A stretch of 64,000 bases of DNA from assembly GCA_000989305.1 (NCBI GenBank), contig LBTB01000006.1:2448-66447 (forward strand), given 5' to 3'. The stretch comes from Candidatus Shapirobacteria bacterium GW2011_GWF2_37_20. Lineage in GTDB: Bacteria; Patescibacteriota; Microgenomatia; UBA12405. Positions within the stretch are counted from its first letter, which is position 1, and the number at the start of each line of letters is the position of its first letter. The notes below the pieces were generated by a model. That model saw only the letters and a program-made list of their open reading frames with translations, ran no database searches and was not told where the DNA came from. Made by a program: the position numbers and the translations under genes. Positions 36,651-46,283 of the stretch are shown piece by piece.

Positions 36651-37697
36651 ATGAATTCGTTAACTCAGGTGGCACATATTAGCCGGAGAGTAATAAAATT
36701 TGGAGGAATCGGATTAATTGTTTTTTTATTTTTTTGGTGGGGATTGACAGCGGCAGTAAAGAGTTACCAGGCAGCTCATCCACCGTATGTGGCACCGACG
36801 GTTAGGTTTGGAACTCTGGGAAAAATTGTGTTTCCAGAAAAAATTTTTGAGAAGAAAAATTTTACAGCAGAATTGGCTAATGATAGATTTCCAAAATACA
36901 AAGATCAGGCTAATGTTTATGTTATATACCGGTCAAAAAGTGCTTTGGGGGCCTTGGAAGAGGGTAAAAAAACGGCAGCTTTGATGGGCTTTATTAACGA
37001 ACCCAGAGAGGTGGCAACCGGGGTATATTTGTTTAATGATTTGAGTAGTGGACGAAGCCTATCGATGAACGTCTTAGAAAGTAGTTTTAAACTAAGTTAC
37101 CCCTATCTTTCTGACCAAATGTTGTTAAATCCGGAGCAAATGCCCAGCCGGGAAGAAGCAATAAACGCGGCAAAAAATTATATTCAACAAGCGGGAAAAT
37201 TGAGTGCTGATTTAGATGCGGGAGAGAAAAAAGTCACTTATTGGAAAATCAATTTTGATGGTCTGAAGCCGGTGGACGGTTTATCGGAAGCAAACTTAAT
37301 AAGAGTTGATTTTTTTAGGAAAAATTTAGGGGATGATGTTCAGGTAGTATCGACTGAAGTTGAAAAAGCATCAGTTTCAGTCTTAGTTTCTGGATCGAGT
37401 GTGGCGGCTAAAAGAATTGTGGAAGTAAATTACCGTCACGTGGATGTAGACACCTCAGCGGCCTCTTCTTCAACCTATCCGATTAAAACAAGTGAAGAGG
37501 CGTTTGCTGATTTAAAAAATGGTGATTATTGGCCGGCCAATGACAATGCTTTGAAAGAGGTGGTTATAAGAAAAATATATTTGGCATATTTCGAGCCGGT
37601 AAACTTAACTCAATTTCTACAGCCGGTTTATGTTTTTGAAGGTGACAATGATTTTGTGGCTTACGTTCGGGCAATTACTGATAAGTACGCCAAGTAA
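36651..37697 (+). CDS. membrane-anchored extracytoplasmic hypothetical protein
   Basis: N-terminal TM (GIGLIVFLFFWWGLTAAV), then 310 aa with no recognised domain. Its 3' end overlaps the convergent D,D-carboxypeptidase gene by 23 nt. Confidence 0.4.
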   Translation: MNSLTQVAHISRRVIKFGGIGLIVFLFFWWGLTAAVKSYQAAHPPYVAPTVRFGTLGKIVFPEKIFEKKNFTAELANDRFPKYKDQANVYVIYRSKSALGALEEGKKTAALMGFINEPREVATGVYLFNDLSSGRSLSMNVLESSFKLSYPYLSDQMLLNPEQMPSREEAINAAKNYIQQAGKLSADLDAGEKKVTYWKINFDGLKPVDGLSEANLIRVDFFRKNLGDDVQVVSTEVEKASVSVLVSGSSVAAKRIVEVNYRHVDVDTSAASSSTYPIKTSEEAFADLKNGDYWPANDNALKEVVIRKIYLAYFEPVNLTQFLQPVYVFEGDNDFVAYVRAITDKYAK

Positions 37698-38574
37698 GAT
37701 TGGTTTTTGCCCAATCGATAAGAGCTTTTGTATCATTAAAACGATCTTCACTTTGGGCCACCACAGAAATTAAATAATGACCATTGATGTTAAGTAAACC
37801 GATAAAGGTACCGCTGGCTTCAGGCGTCCAGCCGGTTTTTAAACCTTCAACTTCCGGAACAACACCTAATAATTCATTGGTGCTGGTAACACGATGAATA
37901 ATTTGACCATTGATATCACTCAGGTCAATTGATTTAGTATTAACGTATTGACGGAGAGTGGGATTTTGAAAAGCTAGGCGACCAAGCTGGGCCAAATCAT
38001 AAGAAGTTGAATAATGATTTTCATCATGTAAACCATCAAAGTTAACGAAATGGGTATTTTTTAAACCATACTTACCAACTAAATTATTCATCTGGCCAAC
38101 AAATCCACTTATCCCCCCGGGATAATGAGAAGCCAAATTAAAAGCGGCATCATTGGCAGAATAAATTAGCAAACCAGCAACCAAGGTTTTAATAGTAACT
38201 CTCTCGCCGGCTTTTAGTTCCATAATTTTCCCATCGATATAGTCTTGAGAAATAGTGACTACTTCCCCAAGAGGGTAAATATTTAAGGCAGTCAGAGCGG
38301 TAGCTAATTTGGTGGTTGAGGCTGGAAAGATTCTTGAATTTTCGTTTTGAGAGACAATGATTTGATTGGAATCATTGTCAAGAAGTATATAATAATTAGT
38401 GGAAAGTAGGGGTTTATTTTTCCCTGTTACCACCGGTTGAGGAGGATGTTTGAAAGAAAAAATATCATTTGTTTTTGTAAATCTAAATGAAAATGGGAGA
38501 AAAGCCAAACACAATCCTATTCCAAAAAGAAGACCGTAGTAAAAATGCCGGGAACGGATTAATTTAGAAAACAT
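37675..38574 (-). CDS. D-alanyl-D-alanine carboxypeptidase (peptidase S11, low-MW PBP)
   Basis: N-terminal TM. SxxK motif PASTTKLAT, SxN motif YSANDAA, and a KTG-like LKTGWT motif. Confidence 0.8.
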   Translation of the reverse strand: MFSKLIRSRHFYYGLLFGIGLCLAFLPFSFRFTKTNDIFSFKHPPQPVVTGKNKPLLSTNYYILLDNDSNQIIVSQNENSRIFPASTTKLATALTALNIYPLGEVVTISQDYIDGKIMELKAGERVTIKTLVAGLLIYSANDAAFNLASHYPGGISGFVGQMNNLVGKYGLKNTHFVNFDGLHDENHYSTSYDLAQLGRLAFQNPTLRQYVNTKSIDLSDINGQIIHRVTSTNELLGVVPEVEGLKTGWTPEASGTFIGLLNINGHYLISVVAQSEDRFNDTKALIDWAKTNLTWRTYQ

Positions 38575-39911
38575 TATTTTTTGGCTTTTTCAATTTTAGG
38601 TAATCTTTTATCAACTCTTTCCATGTCGCGGGGAAAAAGAGTAGCCTGGCGTATGTTTTCCAGACCTAAAATATTTTGAGTAATACGTTCCAGGCCGATA
38701 GCAAAACCGCCTTCCGGAGGCATACCGTATTTAAATGCCTGACCGTAGGGAATTTCAAAGTCAATAGGGTTTTGACCACGTGATTTTATTTTTTCTTGTA
38801 AATCAGCATAATTACTAATACGCTGACCTCCTGAAATCCATTCAACTCCCCTACCAATTAAATCAAGAGTCAGGGTTTCTTGCGGATTTTTTGGATCGGC
38901 ATAGGAATACCAGGCCCGTTTTTTGGTGTAAAAATGGGTAATAAAAACTAATTCACTACCATGTTTTTCCATAGACCAGCGACAAATTTCCCGCTCTCCC
39001 TCAGGATCCATATCTAATTCGTTTCTAACATCACGACCAGTGCGTTCATAAATAATTTGCAGAGCTTCTTTTAATTTTAGACTGGGAGTGTTTTCACAGG
39101 TCTTGGGAATAGTAACTCCGTATTCGTCTAAAATATCCTGGTGTTTTTCAGAGACAGCTTTAAAAATAGCTTTGACTGTAGAATCGGCCATTTTAACAAG
39201 GTCTGTCCAATCTTCAATAAAGCCCATTTCACAGTCCAGACCAACATATTCGGTCAGGTGACGCGTGGTAACTGAGGGCTCAGCCCGATAAGCATGGGCG
39301 AGGGTAAAGACGCGTTCAAAAATTGAAACCATGATCTGTTTATAAAGCTGGGGACTCTGAGCCAAAAATGCTTTGTGGCCAAAGTAGTCGACAGGGAAAA
39401 CCTCAGAGCCACCTTCAGTTGAACCAGTAACAATGGTGGGGACTGATATTTCAGTAAAATCATTGGCATTTAGGTGATCGCGGAAAGCCTTCATAATGGT
39501 GGCTTGAACCTTAAAAACATCGGTTACCTTTTGGTGACGGAGAGAGACGGCCCGATTATCAAGAAGAACCGGTAGGCCAACGTTTAGATCGGGTTGATGA
39601 ATATCAAAAGGCAACTCTTCAGAAGCTTCCAAAACTTTTAATTCCTCTACTTCCATTTCAATTTTGCCAGTAATTATTTTATCGTTAAAATATTTTTCGT
39701 CCCGGGGGCGAATAGTTCCACTTATTTCAACAACGGACTCTACTTTAACGCCACCCAAATCCTTACCACCAACTACCTGAATAAGACCAGAACGGTCACG
39801 GATATCGGCAAAGGCTAACTTACCGTAACTTCGGACAGAATTTACCCATCCTTTAATAATAATTTTTTTACCGATTTCTGAAATTGAGTCTTTGATTAAT
39901 GTTCTTGTCAT
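38574..39911 (-). CDS. class IIb aspartate--tRNA ligase of the archaeal/eukaryal type (AsnRS not excluded)
   Basis: 445 aa. N-terminal OB fold. Motif 2 region AHAYRAEPSVTTRHLTEYVGLDCEM and motif 3 GMPPEGGFAIGLERITQNILGLENIRQATLFPRD. Confidence 0.8.
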   Translation of the reverse strand: MTRTLIKDSISEIGKKIIIKGWVNSVRSYGKLAFADIRDRSGLIQVVGGKDLGGVKVESVVEISGTIRPRDEKYFNDKIITGKIEMEVEELKVLEASEELPFDIHQPDLNVGLPVLLDNRAVSLRHQKVTDVFKVQATIMKAFRDHLNANDFTEISVPTIVTGSTEGGSEVFPVDYFGHKAFLAQSPQLYKQIMVSIFERVFTLAHAYRAEPSVTTRHLTEYVGLDCEMGFIEDWTDLVKMADSTVKAIFKAVSEKHQDILDEYGVTIPKTCENTPSLKLKEALQIIYERTGRDVRNELDMDPEGEREICRWSMEKHGSELVFITHFYTKKRAWYSYADPKNPQETLTLDLIGRGVEWISGGQRISNYADLQEKIKSRGQNPIDFEIPYGQAFKYGMPPEGGFAIGLERITQNILGLENIRQATLFPRDMERVDKRLPKIEKAKK

Positions 39912-39920
39912 GGGCTAATT

Positions 39921-40086
39921 TTACAGCTTAAATATTTCCTTTACCACTAATTGAGGGAAAGTATGGCCCTGCCAGGTATTGGCGTCGAGGTAAGCAATTA
40001 GATTAACAGACTCCCCGACTTTTAAATCAGGTTCCAGATCGGCTTTTTTAAAAGCGATGGCGTCCACGCCGCTGACTTTTAATTTT
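39921..40086 (-). pseudogene. recJ: out-of-frame C-terminal tail of recJ (…KVSGVDAIAFKKADLEPDLKVGESVNLIAYLDANTWQGHTFPQLVVKEIFKL*)
   Basis: The -1/+1 shifted frame directly downstream of the recJ stop encodes a RecJ-like C-terminal OB-fold tail ending at the stop codon (rc of 39921-39923). Confidence 0.55.
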
Positions 40087-41535
40087 ACCAAGTATTTTTT
40101 TTGATTCTATTTTTAAATTTTTGAATAAAAATAAGGGTTGTGGGTTGCCAATACCAAAAGGCTCTAAACTTTTAATCAATTTAATATTTTTTAGATTGAT
40201 AGCATTGGTATCCATTTTGGCATCGATGGTCACCGATTTTTGAGCAGTATATTTGGCTAATTTTTTGGAAAAATAGGTATTTAATTTTTTTTGTAACTTG
40301 GAAATATTCTTATCTTTGATAGAAAAACCGGCTGCACCAGGGTGGCCACCTAAATCAACGAAAAGATCTGAAAATTTTCGAAGAACCTCAATAATATTTA
40401 CCTCGGGGATGGAGCGGCAGGAACCTTTGGCAACTTCACCGTTTTTGGCGATAATTACGGAAGGCAGTACATATTTTTCAGTTAGGCGACCGGCAATTAA
40501 GCCGATAATGCCGGGATTAAAATCATCAGAAACAAAGATGACTTTATTTTTAATGTCAATGTTTTTATCGGCGACATCAAGAGATTCTTTTTGTAAGTCC
40601 TGACGCTGTTGATTATATTTATTTAAAACTTGAGCATATTTACCGGCTTGGATAGAATTTTGACTACAGAGAAGTCGAAGGGCGTCGGTGGGATCTGACA
40701 AACGACCAACTGCATTTAAGCGAGGCCCTAAAAGAAAACCTAAATCGTAAACTGACAACTGATCTATTTTTACACCAGAGATGTCCATTAACTTTTTAAG
40801 ACCAGGAGAGGGATTTACTTTTAATTCACTTAAACCATGAACGACGACAGACCGGTTAATACCCAGAAGCGGCTGGCAATCAGCAACTACTCCGAGGGCC
40901 GCCAAAGAAAGAGGTGCGGTTTTAGAAAATTCACGGGCCAAAAACCAGGCCAGTGCCGAGGCAGAAGTATCAACAGAATGAAACAGAGCATCGGTGTTTT
41001 TTAATTTTCCCGAAGGCAGATGGTGATCGATAACTAATATTTTAATTTTGGGATATTTTTCCTTAATTTTGGCAAATTCTTTATCGGCAACGATGCCGTT
41101 GTCAACGGTAATCAGTAAATCAAATTTTAAGTTTTTTTCTGTTTGAATCCGGGAAAACGAAGACTCTTTAAAACCATAACCATCGGTTTCCCGATGAGGA
41201 ATAAAAGGAATGGTGTTTTTATTTAAAGGATAAAGTGAAAGCCATAAAATGGCAGTTGAAGTCAAACCATCAACGTCATAATCGCCATAAATCAAAATAT
41301 TTTTTTGACCATCGATAAATTTTTGAATTAATTTAACTGCCTTTTGAGAATTTAAATTAAATTCAGGAAAGGGCGGTTTTAAGAAAGGGTCAGAGTCGGT
41401 GATTTGGCGATTTTTTAGGAGTAAGTCCAGAAGCATTTCAGACGGAGTTTCCCGAGTAATAGTGGTGTCACTCAAAAAGTTTAATTTGACTTGCATATGC
41501 CTATTGTATGCTATACTTTGGAGATCAGAAAGCAT
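40048..41535 (-). CDS. recJ: single-stranded-DNA-specific exonuclease RecJ-like (DHH/DHHA1), truncated by a frameshift near its 3' end
   Basis: DHH motifs IYGDYDVDGLTS, VIDHHLP and DHHA1 GGHPGAAG. The frame ends ...KIKSQRRGRHRF* inside an A-rich run. Confidence 0.8.
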   Translation of the reverse strand: MLSDLQSIAYNRHMQVKLNFLSDTTITRETPSEMLLDLLLKNRQITDSDPFLKPPFPEFNLNSQKAVKLIQKFIDGQKNILIYGDYDVDGLTSTAILWLSLYPLNKNTIPFIPHRETDGYGFKESSFSRIQTEKNLKFDLLITVDNGIVADKEFAKIKEKYPKIKILVIDHHLPSGKLKNTDALFHSVDTSASALAWFLAREFSKTAPLSLAALGVVADCQPLLGINRSVVVHGLSELKVNPSPGLKKLMDISGVKIDQLSVYDLGFLLGPRLNAVGRLSDPTDALRLLCSQNSIQAGKYAQVLNKYNQQRQDLQKESLDVADKNIDIKNKVIFVSDDFNPGIIGLIAGRLTEKYVLPSVIIAKNGEVAKGSCRSIPEVNIIEVLRKFSDLFVDLGGHPGAAGFSIKDKNISKLQKKLNTYFSKKLAKYTAQKSVTIDAKMDTNAINLKNIKLIKSLEPFGIGNPQPLFLFKNLKIESKKILGKIKSQRRGRHRF

Positions 41536-41551
41536 TACCTAGTTTCTGATC
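41523..41551 (+). promoter_or_regulatory. perfect 9-bp inverted repeat (GATCAGAAA-n11-TTTCTGATC) in the leader of the RRM-protein gene
   Basis: Seen directly in the sequence, 43 nt upstream of the ATG at 41594. A TATACT -10-like box lies just upstream (41510-41515). Confidence 0.3.
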
Positions 41552-41593
41552 ATATTATTAGTAAGGTTAAGGAATCTAAAAGATTCGAAAAAA

Positions 41594-41857
41594 ATGGCAA
41601 AAAAGCTTTTCGTAGGAAACTTATCCTACAACATGACAGATGAGCAACTGAATGCGGTGTTCGCACCCTTCGGTACAATCATCTCCGCAAATATAGTTTT
41701 CGACAAATTCTCTCACCGAAGCAAAGGTTTCGGTTTTGTAGAATTCGAAACTGAGGAAATGGCACAAGCCGCTCTATCTTTAGATGGCAGCGAGCAAGAC
41801 GGTAGAAATATCGCCGTAAAAGAGGCTCTTCCTCGTCCCGACAGACCACAAATGTAA
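41594..41857 (+). CDS. RRM-type RNA-binding protein (single RRM, 87 aa)
   Basis: RNP-2 LFVGNLSY and RNP-1 KGFGFVEF. Confidence 0.8.
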   Translation: MAKKLFVGNLSYNMTDEQLNAVFAPFGTIISANIVFDKFSHRSKGFGFVEFETEEMAQAALSLDGSEQDGRNIAVKEALPRPDRPQM

Positions 41858-41877
41858 GTTACATTTTGATTTGAATC

Positions 41878-41906
41878 AAAACCCCGTCGCAAGGCGGGGT
41901 TTTCGG
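41878..41906 (+). terminator. rho-independent terminator
   Basis: AAAACCCCGTCGCAAGGCGGGGTTTTCGG: a GC-rich 5-7 bp stem followed by a T-run, directly after the RRM gene. Confidence 0.6.
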
Positions 41907-41918
41907 TTATAATCGGGC

Positions 41919-42326
41919 ATGGAAAAGATTGTAAGCAGGGCGATAATTTTGGGAGAAAAGGGAAGTATTTTACTTGGCAAAAGAGCAAATGGTTCACTGG
42001 CCGGGCGATGGGCATTAATTGGGGAAAAACCTAATCAAGGGGAAACAGAAGAACAAGCGGTAGTTCGGGAAACTGGTGAAGAAATTGGGGCAAGGTTATT
42101 GAAGCCAATTTTTTGGAAGGAAGTTTTGCAGGAAGCAATCACACCAGGTGATTTTTTAAGAGAAAGTTATTTTTTTGGAATTATAGCTACAAATATTGAG
42201 GAGCTAAACCTTAATTTAGAAGAAATTTCGGAAGTAGGATACGTTTCCAGATCAAATTTAGAAAATTTTGATATAGTACCTATTCACAAAAAGATAATAG
42301 AAGAGTTATTTAGCCAAAAAGGGTAA
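41919..42326 (+). CDS. NUDIX hydrolase
   Basis: Nudix box GEKPNQGETEEQAVVRETGEEIG (Gx5Ex7REUxEExGU). Confidence 0.8.
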   Translation: MEKIVSRAIILGEKGSILLGKRANGSLAGRWALIGEKPNQGETEEQAVVRETGEEIGARLLKPIFWKEVLQEAITPGDFLRESYFFGIIATNIEELNLNLEEISEVGYVSRSNLENFDIVPIHKKIIEELFSQKG

Positions 42327-42335
42327 AATTAAGTA

Positions 42336-43664
42336 ATGGGGAAAAGACAATTACCGGAAAAGGTTAAGGTTGTGATGCAAAAGGTCCTGGATAAAGGCGG
42401 GGAAATTTACGTGGTTGGCGGAGCGGTTCGTGATTGGCTTTTAAAAAAAGAAACTAAAGATTGGGACTTTGCCACCAATTTAACCCCGGAAAAGATGAAA
42501 GAAATTTTTCCTAAAAATTCTTTTTGCGAAAATAAATTCGGAACTTTTAGTGTAATTTTAAGGGACGGAGAAATTTTTGAAATTACCACTTATCGAAGCG
42601 AGAAAAACTATAGCGACAAAAGACATCCTGACGTGGTGGAATGGGGACAAAGTTTGGGTGAGGACGTGGAGCGACGCGACTTTACGATTAATGCTATGGC
42701 CATGGATATTAACGGGAAAATAACTGACTTAAATAATGGCCAGGAAGATTTGAATAACAGATTAATCCGAACTGTAGGGAATCCAGATGATAGATTTTCT
42801 GAGGATGCCCTGCGAATGATTCGGGCAATTCGAATTGCGGCCCAAATTGGATTTTTAATTGAAGAAAAAACTTTTGAATCAATTCAAAAAAATGCTCACT
42901 TAATTTCTGAAATTGCCGGAGAAAGAATTCGAGATGAATTGTTTAAAATATTATTGTGTAAAAAACCAGGAGACGGAATGAGATTGCTGAAAAATTCGGG
43001 TTTACTGGCAGAAATAATGCCTGAATTGTTACCGGGTGTAGGAATGGGACAAAAGGGTCACCATATCTATGATGTGTGGGATCATGAGCTGGAAGCCTTA
43101 AATAATTGTCAAAGTGACAATTCGGTAACCCGACTGGCTACCCTACTCCACGATGTCGGAAAACCAGCTGCCATGAAAGAAGTTAACGGAGAAAAAACCT
43201 TTCATAATCATGAGGTGGTTGGGTCGAGAATAGCTGTAAAAATAGGAAAAAGGTTGAGATTATCAAATAAAGAGCTGGAACAATTGTTTATCCTGGTTAG
43301 GTGGCATATGTTTACGGTCGAGGATACTCAGACAGACAAGGCGGTGCGAAGATTCATCCGCAATGTTACCCCGGAATATTTAGATGAAATGATTTCTCTT
43401 CGCCGAAGCGATCGATTAGGATCAGGAGCAAAAGAGAGCAGTTGGAGATGGGAATTATTTAAAAAACGATTAGTGGAAGTGCAAAAACAACCATTTACGG
43501 TCAAAGATTTAAAAGTTAACGGATTGGATGTCATGGAAATATTAAAAATAAAACCAAGCCGAAAGGTTGGGGAAATTTTGGATAAACTTTTTGCAGAAGT
43601 TGAAGAAAAACCAGAATTAAATGACAGAGAAATTTTGTTGGAAAAGATAAAAGAGAATAATTAG
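42336..43664 (+). CDS. cca: CCA-adding tRNA nucleotidyltransferase with HD domain
   Basis: Pol-beta head motifs IYVVGGAVRDWLL and DFTINAMA, plus an HD phosphohydrolase domain (LLHDVGK). Confidence 0.8.
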   Translation: MGKRQLPEKVKVVMQKVLDKGGEIYVVGGAVRDWLLKKETKDWDFATNLTPEKMKEIFPKNSFCENKFGTFSVILRDGEIFEITTYRSEKNYSDKRHPDVVEWGQSLGEDVERRDFTINAMAMDINGKITDLNNGQEDLNNRLIRTVGNPDDRFSEDALRMIRAIRIAAQIGFLIEEKTFESIQKNAHLISEIAGERIRDELFKILLCKKPGDGMRLLKNSGLLAEIMPELLPGVGMGQKGHHIYDVWDHELEALNNCQSDNSVTRLATLLHDVGKPAAMKEVNGEKTFHNHEVVGSRIAVKIGKRLRLSNKELEQLFILVRWHMFTVEDTQTDKAVRRFIRNVTPEYLDEMISLRRSDRLGSGAKESSWRWELFKKRLVEVQKQPFTVKDLKVNGLDVMEILKIKPSRKVGEILDKLFAEVEEKPELNDREILLEKIKENN

Positions 43665-43912
43665 GCGATGTGATTTTCTGTCTCGTGTATTTCTGTAAGT
43701 TCCTGTTCTTTGTTAACGAAGGAACCCTTTAACCAGCGCGTTCTTTTTTTAGGTATTTCTACCGGCGGAGTACTAACTTTTTCCTCGATATCATTTTTAG
43801 GAACTGCTTTAATACCCAACCTTGGTTTTAACTGTTCACCATTTTTGATGATTTCCCCATTGGGACCAATCTCAAAATTTTTTACTTTAGTTTGATTTTC
43901 TATTTTCGTCAT
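43661..43912 (-). CDS. hypothetical small protein (83 aa)
   Basis: Charged. Last gene of the secD-secF operon, overlapping the secF start. No motifs recognised. Confidence 0.3.
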   Translation of the reverse strand: MTKIENQTKVKNFEIGPNGEIIKNGEQLKPRLGIKAVPKNDIEEKVSTPPVEIPKKRTRWLKGSFVNKEQELTEIHETENHIA

Positions 43913-44765
43913 TCTTCTTTCTTTTAGTTAAAAGCATTAGAGGGATGGCAACGGCAATAGAAGAATAGGTACCGGAGATAACGCCGATAAGCAAAGCAGT
44001 GGCAAACCAACGAGTACTAGCGCCACCGAGAACCACTAGGGCCAATAACATGAAGATAATGGTCATGGAGTTGTTTATCGAACGGACAATGACTTCTGAA
44101 ACGGCTTTATTTGACAACTCGACCCAGTCGAGACGAAAGCTAAGACTTTTTAATTCCCGAATCCGGTCAAAAGTGACTACAGTATCGTGTACGGATGCAG
44201 ATAGGGTGGTTAAAAGAGCCGTGACAAAAAGAGCGTCAACTTCAGCACCAAAGAAATGACCCAGAATCGAAAAACTACCAACTAGAATCAGGGCGTCGTA
44301 AAACATGGCCAAAACTGCAGAAGCACCAAAACTAAGGTCCTTAAACCGACTACCGATGAAAAGCAATAAAGAAATGGAAGAAAGAACTATTGCCCAAATG
44401 GTTTTGATCATTAATTCTTTTCCTAAAATTGCCCCTAAGGTTTCAAACTGGAGATCGACAAAGCCAGGATCAAGAGTTATTAGCGCCGCGGTCAGTTGTT
44501 CTTTTTGATCGTTGCTAATATTGCCGAATTTTAGGAAATATTGATCCTGGTTAACAGATACAGTGAGTAGCTCTAATTGGTTTTTGGTAAAGATTTCTTT
44601 TAAATTTTCAGTACCGGGCTTCGAAGGCAGAGAAACTTGCCAGGATGAGCCTCCGGAAAAATCAACGGAGGGCTTGAAGCCCCAAAAGATTATCGAAAAA
44701 ACTGAGGCTAAAATTAATAGAGTGGAAATAATCAAAAATAGAGGTCGAAATTTCATAATGTTCAT
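43887..44765 (-). CDS. secF: protein translocase subunit SecF
   Basis: 292 aa, 6 TM helices. Conserved SecF region (VGSFSILGHFFGAEVDALFVTALLTTLSASVHDTVVTFDRIRE). Confidence 0.85.
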   Translation of the reverse strand: MNIMKFRPLFLIISTLLILASVFSIIFWGFKPSVDFSGGSSWQVSLPSKPGTENLKEIFTKNQLELLTVSVNQDQYFLKFGNISNDQKEQLTAALITLDPGFVDLQFETLGAILGKELMIKTIWAIVLSSISLLLFIGSRFKDLSFGASAVLAMFYDALILVGSFSILGHFFGAEVDALFVTALLTTLSASVHDTVVTFDRIRELKSLSFRLDWVELSNKAVSEVIVRSINNSMTIIFMLLALVVLGGASTRWFATALLIGVISGTYSSIAVAIPLMLLTKRKKNDENRKSN

Positions 44766-46105
44766 ATTTTTTTCCTGGCCAAAACTCGTAACAGGTTACG
44801 GGTAACGAAGACACCGGTAAACATACCTAAAAAGATTCCGATCAGTAAAGTAACAGCAAAACCCCGAACCATACCGGAATTATTTAAAAATGGCCAATTG
44901 AAAGGGTTAAAAAGAATTAAACCGGTGATAATGGTACATGTATTGGCGTCTTTTATGGAACTCCAGGCCCGACCAAAACCTAGTTCCATGGCATTGTTCC
45001 AGGTTTTTCCGGCCCGAAGTTCCTCTTTCATTCTTTCAAAAATTAAGATATTACTATCGACGGCCATACCGACAGATAAGATAAAGCCAACAATACCGGG
45101 AAAAGTAAGTGTAACCGGAATAAGACGATAGAGAGTGAGAGTAATTAGACCATAGATTATTAAACCAAAATCGGCAATAAGACCTAAAAATCCGTAATTT
45201 CCGATCATAAACAATGAAACCAGAGCCAGACCAACCAAGCCCGCTTTGACGCCATTACTAATAGAATCTTGACCCAAAGAGGCTCCAACCTGTGATTGTT
45301 GAATTAATTTTATGGGAAGAGGTAGAGCGCCGGCATTTAATTGGGCTGAAAGTGCTTTGGCAGATTTAATATCAAAATTTCCATTGATAACTGCCCTACC
45401 ATCAGCAATAATTACTCCAACTGAAGGAGCAGTGATGATTTGATCATCTAAAAGAATGGCCAATCTTTTATTGAGATAGTCAGTGGTAGCTTTCTCGAAA
45501 AGCTTGGCACCTTCGGAATTAAATTCAAGGGAAACTTCCATTTCACCGGTATTAGGATTTGGCTGAGGTACAGCCTTAACAAGATGTGAACCCATTAGAC
45601 CGGTATCTTTTAAATAATCAGCAGAAGTGGCAGTAGCCGTGGCTTCAGGGGGTAAATCAATAAGGCCCATAAAACTCAACTGAGCGGTTTGGCCAATTAG
45701 TTTGATGGCTTCATTTATGTCGGTAACTCCCGGAAGATCAACGCTGAGGCGATACGAGTCACCTCGATTGGCTAATTGAACATTTGATTCAGATACACCA
45801 AAAAGATTAACCCGACTTTCAATGTTGGATTTTAAAGATTCTAAGGCACTGGGCAAATCAGCTTTTGATACTTTTGAAGTGTCAACTTCAAAAAGAAGAG
45901 AGGCTCCACCGGCTAAATCGAGACCAAAACGAAGATCCAAATTTGGTTTTAGCTGAGACGAACCTAAATTTAGAGAAAAATCCGGCCGATAAAAGGTGCG
46001 ACCAAATAAATTAAATTTAGCAGGAAGATTGATGATAATACAGAGAAAAGTCACGGCAATAATAGACCAAAAAATAGTTAGAACCCGACGATTATTTCTT
46101 AACAT
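44762..46105 (-). CDS. secD: protein translocase subunit SecD
   Basis: 447 aa. N-terminal TM, periplasmic P1 head and a C-terminal 5-TM RND-like domain (MAVDSNILIFERMKEE). Confidence 0.85.
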   Translation of the reverse strand: MLRNNRRVLTIFWSIIAVTFLCIIINLPAKFNLFGRTFYRPDFSLNLGSSQLKPNLDLRFGLDLAGGASLLFEVDTSKVSKADLPSALESLKSNIESRVNLFGVSESNVQLANRGDSYRLSVDLPGVTDINEAIKLIGQTAQLSFMGLIDLPPEATATATSADYLKDTGLMGSHLVKAVPQPNPNTGEMEVSLEFNSEGAKLFEKATTDYLNKRLAILLDDQIITAPSVGVIIADGRAVINGNFDIKSAKALSAQLNAGALPLPIKLIQQSQVGASLGQDSISNGVKAGLVGLALVSLFMIGNYGFLGLIADFGLIIYGLITLTLYRLIPVTLTFPGIVGFILSVGMAVDSNILIFERMKEELRAGKTWNNAMELGFGRAWSSIKDANTCTIITGLILFNPFNWPFLNNSGMVRGFAVTLLIGIFLGMFTGVFVTRNLLRVLARKKI

Positions 46106-46283
46106 AGCCTAAGGAAAGTTGACGAGGATGACCCGTAAAAGTATAAGTTATAGAGGTTTTTGAAGACTTCACCTTATATTGGGCAAAATCCCCTTCTTTA
46201 ATGTCAAAGGATTTGATAACTTTATTGGGCAAGGTAAGAGCCAGGCTGTTGCCGGTTTTAATGACTTTTCTAATTTTGTCCAT
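46092..46283 (-). CDS. AbrB/MazE-family (SpoVT/AbrB swapped-hairpin) small DNA-binding protein
   Basis: 63 aa. IKTGNSLALTLPNKVIKSFDIKEGD matches the swapped-hairpin barrel motif. Confidence 0.5.
   Translation of the reverse strand: MDKIRKVIKTGNSLALTLPNKVIKSFDIKEGDFAQYKVKSSKTSITYTFTGHPRQLSLGYVKK

Noticed and set aside
40048-40050. Treating the recJ stop at 40048 as the genuine C-terminus
   Set aside because: The out-of-frame sequence immediately downstream encodes an uninterrupted, RecJ-like C-terminal segment ending 10 nt before the next gene. This is far more consistent with a frameshift than with a coincidental ORF.
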